Shown here piece after piece: positions 63,346 through 64,000 of a stretch of DNA of 64,000 nucleotides. The number at the start of each line of letters is the position of its first letter. Positions within the stretch are counted from its first letter, which is position 1. The position numbers and the translations under genes are program-made. The DNA is from Mobula hypostoma (Eukaryota): assembly GCF_963921235.1 (NCBI RefSeq), contig NC_086113.1, forward strand, positions 47,430,001 through 47,494,000, written 5' to 3'. The notes below the pieces were generated by a model, which searched no databases, was not told the DNA's origin, and saw nothing but the letters and a program-made list of their open reading frames with translations.

Positions 63346-63714
63346 GCCCAGTCACTGGAAGATAAGTAGTTATCGTTATTGAGAATGTAGAGGTGAATCA
63401 TTGCAGTCTATCTGGTTAAGATGCCTCCGTGATGTTGTAGGGAATCTCTAGGTTTAGATCCACCAATGATGAGGAACAGAGGGTTATGTGAGTTGGCAAG
63501 AAGTTTGCAGTGATGCATCTGTGACTAACTGTGTTAAATGCACTTTGTAGATGGTATATGTTGCAATCTGGTACTCTTTGTTGGAAGGTGTTAATGTTTG
63601 TAGTGGTAGACGGGGTGCAGTCAGGTGGGCTGCTTTGTCCTGGAAGGTGCAATGCTGTGGGAGCTGAGTCAGGAGATAAGAGTCTTACCTGAGGACACCC
63701 AGCTGCTGACTTAC

Positions 63715-64000
63715 TCCACACACAAAATGCTGGAGGAACTTGGCAGGCCAAGCATCATCTCTGGAGTAAACAGTCAACGTTTCAGGCCGAGACCTTTCAT
63801 CATCATCAGGACTGGGGGAGAAAAGATCAGAAGATAGAGCAAGAAGGTGGGGGGAGGGGAGGAAAAAGTACAAGGTGGTAGATAATAGGTGAAAATGGGA
63901 TTGGTGAAGTAATGAGCTGGGAAGCTGATAGGTTAAATAGTTAAAAGGCTGGAGAAGGAGGAATCTGATAGGAGAGGATAGAAGACTATGGGGAAAAAGG
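63715..64000 (-). mobile_element. Penelope terminal-repeat fragment with hammerhead variant (63771-63814)
   Basis: CAGUC-CUGAUGA-UGAUGA-AAGG-UCUCGG-CCU-GAAA-CGUU-GACUG; collinear with 16940-17230. Confidence 0.8.

Overview
Vertebrate genomic DNA; the repeat landscape (CR1, Rex1/Babar, RTE, V-SINE, abundant Penelope terminal-repeat fragments) suggests a cartilaginous fish, probably a ray (inference). The window holds the conserved block (GMNN)-C6orf62-ACOT13-TDP2: a CpG-rich promoter at the left edge (probably GMNN, gene outside the window), complete C6orf62 (+, 5 coding exons, 230 aa), complete ACOT13 (-, 3 exons, 141 aa) and the first three exons of TDP2 (+). The rest is largely transposon-derived: a 4.46-kb Gypsy (Mag-like) element with ~140-bp LTRs inserted in an RTE LINE, a nested CR1>BEL/Pao>RTE>solo-LTR stack, three solo LTRs with target-site duplications (TSDs), a 6-bp-TSD hAT element abutting the TDP2 promoter, and a mariner-type MITE. 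Most notable: (1) minimal hammerhead-ribozyme motifs in Penelope fragments, one intact at 13535-13574 (-); (2) a G-U-rich sense-strand hairpin in C6orf62 intron 3 overlapping a candidate poison exon, with A-C mismatches of the kind ADAR favours; (3) two candidate uORFs upstream of C6orf62; (4) ACOT13 and TDP2 starts lie ~23 kb apart rather than sharing a compact promoter. Exon, LTR, TIR and TSD coordinates were read base by base; ends of decayed TE fragments are approximate.
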